Part shown: positions 37,293-47,210 of the stretch, in pieces
How positions within the stretch are numbered: position 1 is the first letter of the stretch
Layout of the letters: the number at the start of each line of letters is the position of its first letter
DNA from: Acidobacteriota bacterium
GTDB taxonomy: Bacteria > Acidobacteriota > Thermoanaerobaculia > Gp7-AA8
Direction of reading: 5' to 3'
Length of the DNA stretch: 64,000 nucleotides
NCBI GenBank assembly: GCA_019244185.1
Contig: JAFATB010000006.1
Location: 1-64,000, forward strand
Notes under the pieces: model-generated
Database searches by the model: none
What the model was told of the DNA's origin: nothing
What the model saw: only the letters and a program-made list of their open reading frames with translations
Translations under genes and position numbers: made by a program

Positions 37293-38564
37293 ATGCCGAG
37301 CACCGCCGATCGCGCTCCCGCGTACTCCTGGTACGCGCTCGCCGTCCTCACCACCGTCTACGTCCTCAACTTCCTCGACCGCACGCTCATCTACATCCTC
37401 TTCACGCCGATCAAGGCGGAGATGCATTTCTCCGACGTGCAGCTGGCGCTGCTCGGCGCGACGTCCTTCGCGATTTTCTACACGCTCCTCGGCATTCCGT
37501 TCGGCCGCCTCGCCGACCGCGTTGTGCGCAAGAACCTCATCGCCGTGGGCCTGGCGACGTGGAGCCTTTTTTCCGGACTGACAGGGTTCGCGAACAGCTT
37601 CTGGACATTGTTCCTTTGTCGCGTCATGGTCGGCGTCGGTGAAGCGACGCTCGGTCCCGCGGCGCTCTCGCTCCTCAGCGACTACTTTCCGCCGCGGATG
37701 CGTGCGACCGTGCAGTCGGTGTACTCGTCTGCGATCGCGGTGGGCGGCGGCATCGCGTACTTTTTCGGCGGCGTGATCGCGCAGCGCTTCGGCTGGCGCT
37801 GGGCGTTCTATCTCCTCGGCTTCCCCGGACTCGCGTTGGCGCTGCTGGTCTTCTTCCTGCGCGAGGAGCCGCGCGGCCGCACCGAAACCGTCGCCGCGCG
37901 CTACACCGCAAGCGACTGGCGCGTGCTCTTCCGCTCGCCCGCGCTCTGGTGTCTCTACCTCGGCTACGGATTCTTCTCGCTCGCCTCGAACAACCTCGGC
38001 ATCTGGGTGCCGACGTTCTTCGTGCGCGTGCACCACATGAGCGTCGCGTTCATCGGTCAGGCCGCGGGCATCCTCGCGCTGGTCGTCGGCGTGCCGGTGA
38101 CGATCCTCGGCGGCTATTACTCCGATCGCTTCAGCAGGATGGCCGGCGGCGGACGCATGGCTTTCACCGCGGCGGCGGCGCTCGCGTCGATCCCGCTGTG
38201 GCTCGGGCTCCTGTGGAGCAACAACATGATCCTGCTCGTGCTGCTGAACATGCTGCTGTACGGGCTCGCGCTGATGTGGGTCGCGCCCGCGGCCGCGGAC
38301 ATCCACGACATCGCCGGACCGCACCTGCGCGGCCTCGGCATCGGCATCTTCTTCTCCGCCGCGAACGTGATGGCGTATCTCGTCGGCGCGCCGCTCATCG
38401 GAAAGCTCAACGACACGCTCGGCGTCGCGACGGATCCGGGGCGGATGCGTCTCGCGCTCCTCGTCTGTCCCGTCGCGGCGTTGTGCAGCGCGCTCTTGCT
38501 CTTCCTCGGCAGCCGTGCGCGTTCGGCGAAAGCGCCCGTGCACGACGCACGCGTCGTGGCATAA
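37293..38564 (+). CDS. MFS transporter (spinster-like)
   Basis: LNFLDR, GRLADR..RK and VGVGEA.L.PAA.SLLSDYFP motifs. Confidence 0.9.
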   Translation: MPSTADRAPAYSWYALAVLTTVYVLNFLDRTLIYILFTPIKAEMHFSDVQLALLGATSFAIFYTLLGIPFGRLADRVVRKNLIAVGLATWSLFSGLTGFANSFWTLFLCRVMVGVGEATLGPAALSLLSDYFPPRMRATVQSVYSSAIAVGGGIAYFFGGVIAQRFGWRWAFYLLGFPGLALALLVFFLREEPRGRTETVAARYTASDWRVLFRSPALWCLYLGYGFFSLASNNLGIWVPTFFVRVHHMSVAFIGQAAGILALVVGVPVTILGGYYSDRFSRMAGGGRMAFTAAAALASIPLWLGLLWSNNMILLVLLNMLLYGLALMWVAPAAADIHDIAGPHLRGLGIGIFFSAANVMAYLVGAPLIGKLNDTLGVATDPGRMRLALLVCPVAALCSALLLFLGSRARSAKAPVHDARVVA

Positions 38565-38573
38565 GCTACGGCC

Positions 38574-39062
38574 ATGAACAACCGCGAATACTTTCTCAAG
38601 CGCTGGGACGGCGAGCAGCGCGCATTCTCCGAAGTGCTGCGCGCCGTGCCGAACGATCAGCTGTCGTACACGCCGCACGAGCGGTCGACGAAGGCGGGCG
38701 ACCTCGCCTGGCAGATCGCACTCGAGCAGCGTCTGCTCATCGATCTGCTCGACAAGCAGAAGATGGTGTGGGAGTCGCTGCCGCGGCCGGAATCGATCGA
38801 CGGCATCGTCGCCGCGTACGACGAGGCCACGAACACGCTGCGCGACAAGCTGAAACACTTCGACGATTCGAAGTGGGAACTGCCGGCGAAGTTCATGTTC
38901 GGCGAGCACGTCGCCGGCGAGTCGACCGTGCAGGACTTCGCGTGGGGCTTCCTCTTCGACCTCGTGCATCACCGCGGACAGCTCACGGCGTACTTGCGTC
39001 CGATGGGCGCGAAGGTGCCGTCGATCTACGGTCCGTCCGGGGACTCGGGCGCCGGCAGTTAG
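38574..39062 (+). CDS. DinB/YfiT family protein
   Basis: HHRGQL..YLR.MG.KVPSIYGPS. Confidence 0.9.
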   Translation: MNNREYFLKRWDGEQRAFSEVLRAVPNDQLSYTPHERSTKAGDLAWQIALEQRLLIDLLDKQKMVWESLPRPESIDGIVAAYDEATNTLRDKLKHFDDSKWELPAKFMFGEHVAGESTVQDFAWGFLFDLVHHRGQLTAYLRPMGAKVPSIYGPSGDSGAGS

Positions 39063-39084
39063 CCGGCGCCCACGTTTCACGGCC

Positions 39085-39873
39085 TCACTTCATCGCCATC
39101 GACGGATACGAGAGATCCGGGCGATACCAGCCGGAGTGCGTCTCGTATTTGCGCGTGATGGCGAGCGCGCGCATCTGGATGGCGTTGAACGCGTCGCCGA
39201 GAGCGGCGCGGTTGCGCTCGTCCGCGGCCGCGTAATCCGCTTCGCTCTTGCCGCTGACGGCGACGGCGAGGAGCGGCAGATCGTTGCCGGTCTCGCCCAT
39301 GAAGACGTCGAAGCCGTCGGTCATGTTCTTCGCCTTGAACAGCGCCGCGCAGTCGCGCGCGACGGCCGCCGCTTCCTCTTCCTTGCCGGGCATGAGGTAG
39401 TACATCAGCCAGCGGACGTAGCGCTGCTCGTCCGGCTTCACGCGCGGCGTCGCGGGCGTGTACGAAAGATCGGGACGGCGGCGCACCACGAGCTCGCTGT
39501 ACTGCTCGATGGGCGCGGTGCCGCGCGACATGAGCGACTGCCAGCGCTCCTTGCCGACCGAGTCGGCGATCGACTTCCACGCGCCGTCCATCGAGTCGAG
39601 TTTGCTGTACGCGTTCAGCGGCAGGATGTAGAGGTAGTGCAGGTCTTCGGTCGTGTAGACGTGCATGCCGAAGACGTTGGGATCGGCCTTCTTCTCGGTC
39701 AGCGCGGCGAGGATGTCGTGCGTGGCCGCCTCGTACTGCGGAATCATCCCCAGCCGCGGCACCTCCGCGTGAATGAGATAGAGCTGCGGCATCGCCGGTG
39801 GGGTTTGCGTTTGTGCGGTCGCCACGAGCGGACACACCAGGAGCAGCAGTGCTGCGAGCACCAGTCGTTTCAT
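39085..39873 (-). CDS. Secreted hypothetical protein with two similar (NIPSNAP-like?) halves
   Basis: ggagg RBS and signal peptide; RPDLSY occurs twice. Confidence 0.7.
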   Translation of the reverse strand: MKRLVLAALLLLVCPLVATAQTQTPPAMPQLYLIHAEVPRLGMIPQYEAATHDILAALTEKKADPNVFGMHVYTTEDLHYLYILPLNAYSKLDSMDGAWKSIADSVGKERWQSLMSRGTAPIEQYSELVVRRRPDLSYTPATPRVKPDEQRYVRWLMYYLMPGKEEEAAAVARDCAALFKAKNMTDGFDVFMGETGNDLPLLAVAVSGKSEADYAAADERNRAALGDAFNAIQMRALAITRKYETHSGWYRPDLSYPSMAMK

Positions 39874-39927
39874 TGAGGTTTCCTCCTTCTGATGCCTCGA
39901 TGTACGGGCGCCGATCGCAATCGGATG

Positions 39928-41727
39928 TCAGACGAGTTTCGCTTCGAGCTCCGCCCACCGCGCGTACAGCCGCTCGACCTCCGCGTGCGCCGCCTGCAGC
40001 TCCGCGTAGCGCGTCTGCAGCGCGCCGGCGTCGGCGGCGATCGACGGATCTTCCGCGCGCCGCTGCGCTTCTTCGACGCGCGCTTCGGCGGCGAGCACCG
40101 TTTCCTCCATCGCATCGAACTCGCGCTGTTCGAGGTACGAGAGGCGCTTCGTCTTCGGCGCGGACGGCTTCGGCGCCGCCGTTGACGGTGTTAACGATGC
40201 GGCGGGAGTGTCGCGCTGCGCGGCCTCCCACTGCGGGAAATCGGCGAAGAACTCCGCGTTGCCGCGGCCGTCGAGCGCGAGAAGGCGCGTCGACACGCGG
40301 TCGAGCAAGTAACGGTCGTGCGTCACGAGGACGAGCGCGCCGGGAAAATCGAGCAGCGATTCCTCGAGCACGTCGAGCGTCGGGATGTCGAGATCGTTCG
40401 TCGGCTCGTCCATCACGAGGAGGTCCGCCGGCTGCAGCATCAGTCGCGCGAGCACGATGCGTGCTTTCTCGCCGCCGGAGAGCCGCGACACCGCGGTCTC
40501 GAGCTGCTCGCTGCGAAAGAGAAACCGCTTCGCCCAGCCGGCGACGTGAATGGGTCGGTCGCGATAGATGACCGAGTCGCCTTCCGGTGCGAGCGCGCGT
40601 TTCAGCGTGACATTCGGATCGAGGCTCTCGCGGTTCTGTTCAAAGTACACGACGCGCAGGCCGTCGGCGCGCTCGATGCTGCCCGCGTCGGGCGCGAGCG
40701 TGCCGACGATCATCCGCAGCAGCGTCGTCTTGCCGGAACCGTTCGGGCCGAGGATGCCGAGGCGCGCGCCGGGCGTGAGGAGCAGATCGAGGTTGCGCAC
40801 GATCGGCTGGTCGCCCATCGTCTTCGTGAGCCCGCGCGCGGACCAGAGGCGTTTCGTCTTGCGCTGCGAGGCGGTGAAGTCGATCTCGGTGTTGAACGAC
40901 TGCGCACGGTCGCGCCCTTCGGCCAGCTCGTCGATCAGCTTCTCCGCGTTCTGGATGCGCGCTTTCGCTTTCGTCGTGCGCGCTTTCGCACCGCGGCGCA
41001 GCCACTCCATCTCGCGCCGCACGAGGTTCGCGAGCGTCTCCTGATACGCGGCCTCGTTGCGCAGCACCTCGTCGCGCTTCTCGAGGAGATCGCTGTAGGT
41101 GCCGTCAACCGCGAGCAGGCCGCCGGCGTACGCGCGATTCAGCTCGAGCATCCGCTTGGTCACGTTCTCGAGAAAGTAGCGGTCGTGGCTGACGACGACG
41201 AACGCCTTCGGATCGCTGCCGAGGAGCGATTCGAGCCAGAGGATGGCATCAACGTCGAGATGGTTCGTCGGCTCATCGAGGAGGAGCACGTCCGGCTCGC
41301 GCACGAGCTCGCGCGCGATGGCGAGGCGTTTGCGCCAGCCGCCGGAGAGCGTCTCCGTGCGGATCGCGCGATCGGTGAAACCGGCGCGGCCGAGCGCGAG
41401 CGCGACGCGCGCGAATTTCTCGTGCTCGTCGAGACTCGTGTCCGATGACAGCGCGTCGAGCAGCACGTCTTCCGCGGAACGTCCCGGCGCGAACACCGGA
41501 TCCTGCGGCACGTAGCCGACGCGCACGCCCTTGCGCAGCGCGCGCGTGCCGGAGTCGGCGTCTTCCGCGCCCGCGAGGATCTTCAGCAGCGTCGACTTCC
41601 CCGAGCCGTTCGGGCCGACGAGTCCGACGTGATCGCCTTCGAAGAGCGTGAAGGAGAGATTCTCGAAGAGCGGCCGCGCGCCGTAGGCTTTCGTGAGACC
41701 GTCGGCGGAAAGAAGAACGGGCGGCAT
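39928..41727 (-). CDS. uup: ABC-F ATPase, Uup-like
   Basis: Two ABC cassettes, WLRRGAKARTTKAKARI linker and KRLSYLEQRE...LYARWAELE C-terminal domain. Confidence 0.9.
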   Translation of the reverse strand: MPPVLLSADGLTKAYGARPLFENLSFTLFEGDHVGLVGPNGSGKSTLLKILAGAEDADSGTRALRKGVRVGYVPQDPVFAPGRSAEDVLLDALSSDTSLDEHEKFARVALALGRAGFTDRAIRTETLSGGWRKRLAIARELVREPDVLLLDEPTNHLDVDAILWLESLLGSDPKAFVVVSHDRYFLENVTKRMLELNRAYAGGLLAVDGTYSDLLEKRDEVLRNEAAYQETLANLVRREMEWLRRGAKARTTKAKARIQNAEKLIDELAEGRDRAQSFNTEIDFTASQRKTKRLWSARGLTKTMGDQPIVRNLDLLLTPGARLGILGPNGSGKTTLLRMIVGTLAPDAGSIERADGLRVVYFEQNRESLDPNVTLKRALAPEGDSVIYRDRPIHVAGWAKRFLFRSEQLETAVSRLSGGEKARIVLARLMLQPADLLVMDEPTNDLDIPTLDVLEESLLDFPGALVLVTHDRYLLDRVSTRLLALDGRGNAEFFADFPQWEAAQRDTPAASLTPSTAAPKPSAPKTKRLSYLEQREFDAMEETVLAAEARVEEAQRRAEDPSIAADAGALQTRYAELQAAHAEVERLYARWAELEAKLV

Positions 41728-41781
41728 GGAAGGCGGAAGATACCAGCGAACGAAACCGGCGCAGCCCGTGTTTAGGCGTGC

Positions 41782-42399
41782 ATGAAGAACTCCTGGACCG
41801 GCGGAATGGCCGCCACGCTCGAGGAGAACGGCGAGGCGACTCTGGCCGTGGCGGTGCATCGCTGCGAGCCCGGCGCGCTGGAGCGGCTGATCGACCGCTT
41901 CGAAGGCGCGCTGTACGGCTACGCGTACGGCATCCTGCAGAACACCTTCGACGCGCAGGAAGTCGTACAGGACGCGATGCTGCGCGCGCACCGGGCGCTG
42001 ACGCGGCAATACGACGAGGCGCGCTGCGCGGCGCTGGCGCTCCGGCCGTGGCTGTTCAAGATGGTGCGCAACCTCTGTCTCAACAAGCGCCGCTCGAAAA
42101 CGCGCGCGCTCGAACAGCCGCTCGCGTCGTTCGACGACGACCGCCTCGGGCCGTTCGTCCGCGAGCACGGCTCCGAGCTCGAGCGGCGCGAGGACGCGGA
42201 GCTGCTGCGCGGCGCGATGGCGCGCCTCCCGGTCGAGGCGCGCGAGCTCATCGTGCTGCGATTCATGGAAGAGATGTCGTACGCCGACATCGCGAAGACC
42301 GTCGGAGCGTCCGAAGCGGCGCTGCGCGGCAAGGTGTTCCGCTCGCTCAAGCTCCTGCGGGACGCACTGGAAGAAAAAGGGGTGGCCCATGCGGTGTAG
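41782..42399 (+). CDS. ECF sigma-70 factor
   Basis: DAQEVVQD and WLFKMVRNLC (region 2); LRFMEEMSYADIA...LRGKVFR (region 4). Confidence 0.93.
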   Translation: MKNSWTGGMAATLEENGEATLAVAVHRCEPGALERLIDRFEGALYGYAYGILQNTFDAQEVVQDAMLRAHRALTRQYDEARCAALALRPWLFKMVRNLCLNKRRSKTRALEQPLASFDDDRLGPFVREHGSELERREDAELLRGAMARLPVEARELIVLRFMEEMSYADIAKTVGASEAALRGKVFRSLKLLRDALEEKGVAHAV

Positions 42400-43255
42400 A
42401 TCGGTTCTGACTCGAGTCGATGCGCTGCGCACCGGCGAGCTTCCGCCGGACGAACGCGGCGAAGTGGAGACGCACATGGAGACGTGCCGCAGCTGCAATG
42501 CGTCGGTGCACGACGTCGGTACGCTCGCGCATACCATCAAGGCGATCGCGCCAGCGCCGCCGCGCTCGTGCCGCGACGCGCTCGCGGATTCGTACGATCG
42601 CGTCGGCGAAGTGTGGGTGGCGTTCTCCGACAGCGGCCTGCGCATGCTCCATCGCGGCGGCAGCTTCGAGGAGTTCCGCGCGCTGCACGCCGAGCGCACC
42701 GGACGCACGCTCAAGTCCGCGACGCTTTCCGACAAGCTGCGCAAGCAGGTCGTCGCCGCGACGAGCGGCGAAGGCGTGGACAAGCCGCAGGTCGACTGGC
42801 GCGCGGACGCGACGCCGCTCGAGCGCGCCGTGCTGGAGACGCTGACGCGGATTCCGCGCGGCGAGGTGCGCACGTATGAATGGGTCGCGCGGCAGGTCGG
42901 ACGGCCGCGTGCGACGCGCGCCGTCGGCTCGATCTGCGCGAAGAACTCGGTGCCGTTCGTCGTGCCGTGCCACCGCGTCGTGCCGTCGACCGGCGGCGTC
43001 GGTCAGTACGCGTTCGGCAGCGCGGTGAAGCGCGACCTGCTGCGGCGCGAAGGCGTCGACGTCGACGCGCTCGACTCGCTCGCGAAACAGCGCGTCCGCT
43101 ACATCGGCTCGCGCACCACGAAGATCGTCTGCTTCCCCACGTGCAAAGACGCGCGGCGCATCCGCGAGGACAACCGCGTCCCTTTTCACGCGGCCGGCGA
43201 AGCGCTGGAGAAAGGATTCCGGCCATGTCTGCGATGCAAGCCGTTCGCGGCCTGA
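42389..43255 (+). CDS. Fusion: zf-HC2 anti-sigma domain + O6-methylguanine-DNA methyltransferase + Ada Zn-binding domain
   Basis: C....GEL...E...VE.HMETCRSC; IPRGEVRTY, RAVG and VPCHRVV; TTKIVCFPTC...GFRPCLRCKP. Confidence 0.88.
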   Translation: MRCRSVLTRVDALRTGELPPDERGEVETHMETCRSCNASVHDVGTLAHTIKAIAPAPPRSCRDALADSYDRVGEVWVAFSDSGLRMLHRGGSFEEFRALHAERTGRTLKSATLSDKLRKQVVAATSGEGVDKPQVDWRADATPLERAVLETLTRIPRGEVRTYEWVARQVGRPRATRAVGSICAKNSVPFVVPCHRVVPSTGGVGQYAFGSAVKRDLLRREGVDVDALDSLAKQRVRYIGSRTTKIVCFPTCKDARRIREDNRVPFHAAGEALEKGFRPCLRCKPFAA

Positions 43256-43866
43256 GCGTTCCCGAGATCCACGCGGTGTCGCGGCCCGCGCGCGCCTTCA
43301 CCGGCGACTTCTACTTCACGCACCGCGAAGGCGCGCGCACGTGGTTCGCCCTCGGCGACGTCGCGGGCAAAGGTCTGCCCGCCGCGATCGTGATGGCGAT
43401 GATCCAGGAGGAGCTCGAGCTGCGCATCGCGTCGTGCGCGAGCGCCGCGTGCGATCCGGCGACAACCACGCGCCGCCTCCACGAGTTCCTCGCGCCGCTG
43501 CTCCCGCGCAATCGCTTCGCCACCGCCGTCCTCGGCCATCTCGACGACGACGGCACGCTGACGATCGTGAACGCCGGCCACTGTCCGCCGCTCCTCGCCC
43601 GCGCCGACGGCCGCGTCGAGGAGCTCGGCTCCACCGGCCCGCTCCTCGGCATCCTTCCCTGCCCGCGCTGGAGCTCCGTCAAACGCCGCCTCGAACCCGG
43701 CGACGCGCTCGTGCTCTACAGCGATGGCGTGACCGAGGCCACGATCGATGGCGGCGAGGAGCTCGGGGTGGAGGGTTTGCGCGAGCGCGTCGCGCGTCGC
43801 GAGAACCTGCTCGACGGACTCGACACGCACGACGACGTGACGCTCGTCGTCGTGCGACGGCCGTGA
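43225..43866 (+). CDS. Stand-alone PP2C/SpoIIE-type phosphatase
   Basis: GDFY, GDVAGKG.PAA, NAGH, YSDGVTEA and DDVT motifs; aaagga RBS. Confidence 0.88.
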   Translation: MSAMQAVRGLSVPEIHAVSRPARAFTGDFYFTHREGARTWFALGDVAGKGLPAAIVMAMIQEELELRIASCASAACDPATTTRRLHEFLAPLLPRNRFATAVLGHLDDDGTLTIVNAGHCPPLLARADGRVEELGSTGPLLGILPCPRWSSVKRRLEPGDALVLYSDGVTEATIDGGEELGVEGLRERVARRENLLDGLDTHDDVTLVVVRRP

Positions 43867-43869
43867 GCA

Positions 43870-46401
43870 TCAGTCATAGACGAACCGTTCGTCGTCATTC
43901 GGCGTCGCACCCTTACGAACGATGACGGCGAACGGATCGACCTGCGCCAGTCCGCCGGCGAGTTGCCAAAGCGTGATGAAGAAAGCGCGACCCAGTTCCT
44001 CGCGGCGCAGCGGCGTCGCCGCAAGAATGTTGCTCGCTTCAGCCATGAGCTTTCGCTGTTGCACCGCAATGCTCTGAACGGCGTCATCGATCGCGCGGCC
44101 GGAGAGGTTGATCTGACGCATCGACTTCAATTGCCCAAGCATCCGCTCGAACGCTAGAACGACGCGCAGCGCATTGGAGACGGGGAGACGCTGCGCAGCG
44201 CCCACCTGGACCTGCGTTTTCTGATCGTCGGCACGGAAGTTCGCGTTGTCGAAGACGACCGTGGTACCGCCCGGCACCAGTCCAGTCTCACGGACGTGTT
44301 TCCATCGCAGGAACAGCAGTCCGTTGCGATCGCGGATCGTAAAGGGATTCGGCGAATCGGAGAGATATAGCGCGGTCAGGTTCTCGACGAACTGCTCCGA
44401 TGCGGTATCGACGCTTTGATTCAGGATCGTTTCGAGCTCACTTTCGCTGAAATCCAGAACGGCGCTCGCGACGAGATCTCCAAACGGCTGCTTCGATGCC
44501 GCATTGACGACCAGTTCCGTGAGCGCGGTCGTCGGTCCGGCGAGAACGCCCAGTGCGATCATCTGTTTTTCCCAGTCGGAGAGCTGCGTGCGTGTCGGCG
44601 GCGGCGTCCACCGGATGGATGCGTCCAAGCTGACATGGTCGCTGACGCGTGGGTCGCGTAGCTTATCCGCGGACGTGACGACCGCAAGCACACGCGTATC
44701 GGCCAGGAACGTGACGCTGCGCAGCGCACGCCAGCTCTTTGACCACGCTTCGATCGAAGTCCGCACGCCGAGATTGAGATCGCCCGTTGCCGTGACCTCG
44801 TAATCCCAGTCCTGCTGCAACAGTGTGCCGACTCCCGCGTTGAGACCGAACGCGGAGATGTTCAGCGACGTCTCGATACGAAGTCCACCGGAACCGGACC
44901 ACGTGGCGTCGTTCAGCGTGACACCCGCATCACCCTGCCGCGCCAGCGCGAGCGCCTCGGTGAAGTCGCCGTGCACACATTTGCGGAAGGCCGGCAGCGC
45001 AGGATCGATGGACAGATCGAGCGCCGTGGTGCGGGTATCGAAGCGCGATCGTTTATGGGCGAGCTCGATCCCGATCTTCACCTCCGCCGCGGCTTTCACG
45101 GCAGCGTTCACGCGCTCGAGCGCGCGTTGGTATCGGACGACGAGTTCCTTTACCGCATTCAACAGCGGATTGAGGTGGTGCTGGAAGTCATCGACGAGCG
45201 CGCCCGTCCGAGCGTCGATCGCATTCGTCAGCGCTTCTTTCAGTTTCGCCTTGAGATCGACACTTACACCGATCCGCGCGAGCCACTGTTGGAGCTGCGT
45301 GGTGACACTCTGGCTGTTCAGCAAGTGATTGACGGTCGCGGAGAGCTGCTGATCGAACAGCTGGTGCAGATCGCCGAAGGTCGTGAGATCGTTCTCGATC
45401 AGCTTCACGAGCGGAGCGAGCGGTGTGGTGATCTGAGAGACGACCGCGCTCGCAACTTTGTCGATGCCGGTGATTGTGACGCCGACACCGGCTTTCAGCG
45501 CGATGCCACGCGAGGACTCGCGCACTTGTACGAGTCGGACGCGAACACGGTTCGTTCCCTTGTCACGCGTCAGAAGAATGTTGAAGCTGCCGTTCACTTC
45601 CGCGTTGAAGTCGAGCGAAGCGGCAATCTTCGCCTCGGCGGTGATCGGCGCCGCAGCGAGACCGAGGGTCTTTTCGCTGACCTCGCCCGTCATCACGACC
45701 GTCTTTCCGAACGAGAGACCGCCCGACACGGCGATCGAGCCGGTGTTGTGCAGACGCACGACCTGCCCGTCTCGGAGGTGGGCGGCGTCGTACGGCAACT
45801 TGAATGCACGCACGTCATCGATGAGCGCTGTGAGCGCGGAGTCGGAGACCGCGTGCTTGAAGTAGTTGCCAACGGTGACCGACGCGTTCGCGCCGAATGC
45901 CGCCTTTCCGCTGACAACACCAATGGGGAACGACGGCACATTTCCGAGCGCGGAGACGGCGCCGTCGATCACGAACGAAAGGAATGCCTCGCTGTCTTTC
46001 TCGTACGTGATCGCGCCGTCGTCGAACAGATCGCCATCGTCGTCGCCCGCTACGGTCGCGGACGCGTTCGCGCCGAGCTCGATCGCAACGGCGTTGACGT
46101 TCAGCGTGTTGTCCACGGCGACCGGCCAGGAGAGCTTCTGCTTCGCTGCCGCACCAACGTTGCCGAGGAGGAACGTGAGCGCGGTACGGTTGTTTGCAAT
46201 GAAACTCTGAATTTGCTGCGCGTTGAGATTGAGCCGCGCAATCGCATCGGCGACCGGACCCTGCGCATTCGGATTGGCCTGGTAGGCCACCAATGCATCG
46301 AGAATGGCTTGAGGACTGTTCAGCGCCCGCAGTTCGTCCAGCAGTTTCGGGATGTCCTGGAGAAGCTGTACCGCACGGGTTCCTTGCTTGAGGATTTCCA
46401 T
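43870..46401 (-). CDS. Large hypothetical protein (843 aa), atypical codon usage
   Basis: Uninterrupted ORF with ggagg RBS, globular composition, more A/T-ending codons than neighbours and no recognisable motif. Confidence 0.75.
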   Translation of the reverse strand: MEILKQGTRAVQLLQDIPKLLDELRALNSPQAILDALVAYQANPNAQGPVADAIARLNLNAQQIQSFIANNRTALTFLLGNVGAAAKQKLSWPVAVDNTLNVNAVAIELGANASATVAGDDDGDLFDDGAITYEKDSEAFLSFVIDGAVSALGNVPSFPIGVVSGKAAFGANASVTVGNYFKHAVSDSALTALIDDVRAFKLPYDAAHLRDGQVVRLHNTGSIAVSGGLSFGKTVVMTGEVSEKTLGLAAAPITAEAKIAASLDFNAEVNGSFNILLTRDKGTNRVRVRLVQVRESSRGIALKAGVGVTITGIDKVASAVVSQITTPLAPLVKLIENDLTTFGDLHQLFDQQLSATVNHLLNSQSVTTQLQQWLARIGVSVDLKAKLKEALTNAIDARTGALVDDFQHHLNPLLNAVKELVVRYQRALERVNAAVKAAAEVKIGIELAHKRSRFDTRTTALDLSIDPALPAFRKCVHGDFTEALALARQGDAGVTLNDATWSGSGGLRIETSLNISAFGLNAGVGTLLQQDWDYEVTATGDLNLGVRTSIEAWSKSWRALRSVTFLADTRVLAVVTSADKLRDPRVSDHVSLDASIRWTPPPTRTQLSDWEKQMIALGVLAGPTTALTELVVNAASKQPFGDLVASAVLDFSESELETILNQSVDTASEQFVENLTALYLSDSPNPFTIRDRNGLLFLRWKHVRETGLVPGGTTVVFDNANFRADDQKTQVQVGAAQRLPVSNALRVVLAFERMLGQLKSMRQINLSGRAIDDAVQSIAVQQRKLMAEASNILAATPLRREELGRAFFITLWQLAGGLAQVDPFAVIVRKGATPNDDERFVYD

Positions 46402-46457
46402 CGCAGACCTCCGTAGCGGATGAGAGGGACGCGATGCGTAAGTTCTCTAGCGCAAGT

Positions 46458-47201
46458 TCAAGCGCGCGAACGCAGCCACGCCTTCGCGCGCCACCACACG
46501 CGTGCGAGATCGTCGCGGCGGCGGGCGCCGGCGGTCGGAACGCCGGCGTCGCGGAGCCAGACCACGCGGTTCGCGTCGTCGACGTCGCGGAAGCGCTGCA
46601 CGACTTCGTCGGAGAACTGCGAGCGGTGGCAGGCGACGACGCGCACGAGATCGTTCCACGTCGCGCGCACGTCGACCGCTTCCGCGCGCGGATCGGCGCG
46701 CGTGAAGCGCAGCGGCGCGTGCAGCAGCTCGACGCGCGACTCGACGAGCGTCAGCGGAACCGGCAACGCGAGCCGTTGCACGAGCGTGCCGGTGGCGCGG
46801 TGATCGGCGTGCCACGTACAGCCGTGGTGGCGATTGAACGTCACGATGCGATCGGGGCGCACCTCGTCGACGAGCGCGCGGACGTGCGCGTGCAGCGCCC
46901 GCGTCCCGCCCGCGGCGTGCGACCACGCGCGGAGCACGTCTTCGGGCTCGTCGCCGCTGCCGTCCGGCAGGCGCGCGAAACGAACCTCGCCGCCGAAGAG
47001 CGTGGCCGCGGCGCGCATCTCGTCTTCGCGGATGCGCGCGACCTGCTCGGGATCGATGTTGCCGAGAAGGCCGCGTCCGCGCTCGCCGGAGGTGAGGACG
47101 AGGAAGTGCACGCGCGCGGAGGACTGCAGGACGAGGCGCGCCAGCCACGGCGCGACGAAGAGCTCATCGTCGGGATGGGCGCCGATCCAGAGCAGTTCCA
47201 T
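46458..47201 (-). CDS. PIG-L/LmbE family deacetylase
   Basis: AHPDDE, LTSGE.G, R..EM..A and HADH motifs. Confidence 0.9.
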   Translation of the reverse strand: MELLWIGAHPDDELFVAPWLARLVLQSSARVHFLVLTSGERGRGLLGNIDPEQVARIREDEMRAAATLFGGEVRFARLPDGSGDEPEDVLRAWSHAAGGTRALHAHVRALVDEVRPDRIVTFNRHHGCTWHADHRATGTLVQRLALPVPLTLVESRVELLHAPLRFTRADPRAEAVDVRATWNDLVRVVACHRSQFSDEVVQRFRDVDDANRVVWLRDAGVPTAGARRRDDLARVWWRAKAWLRSRA

Positions 47202-47210
47202 CGCGGCAGG

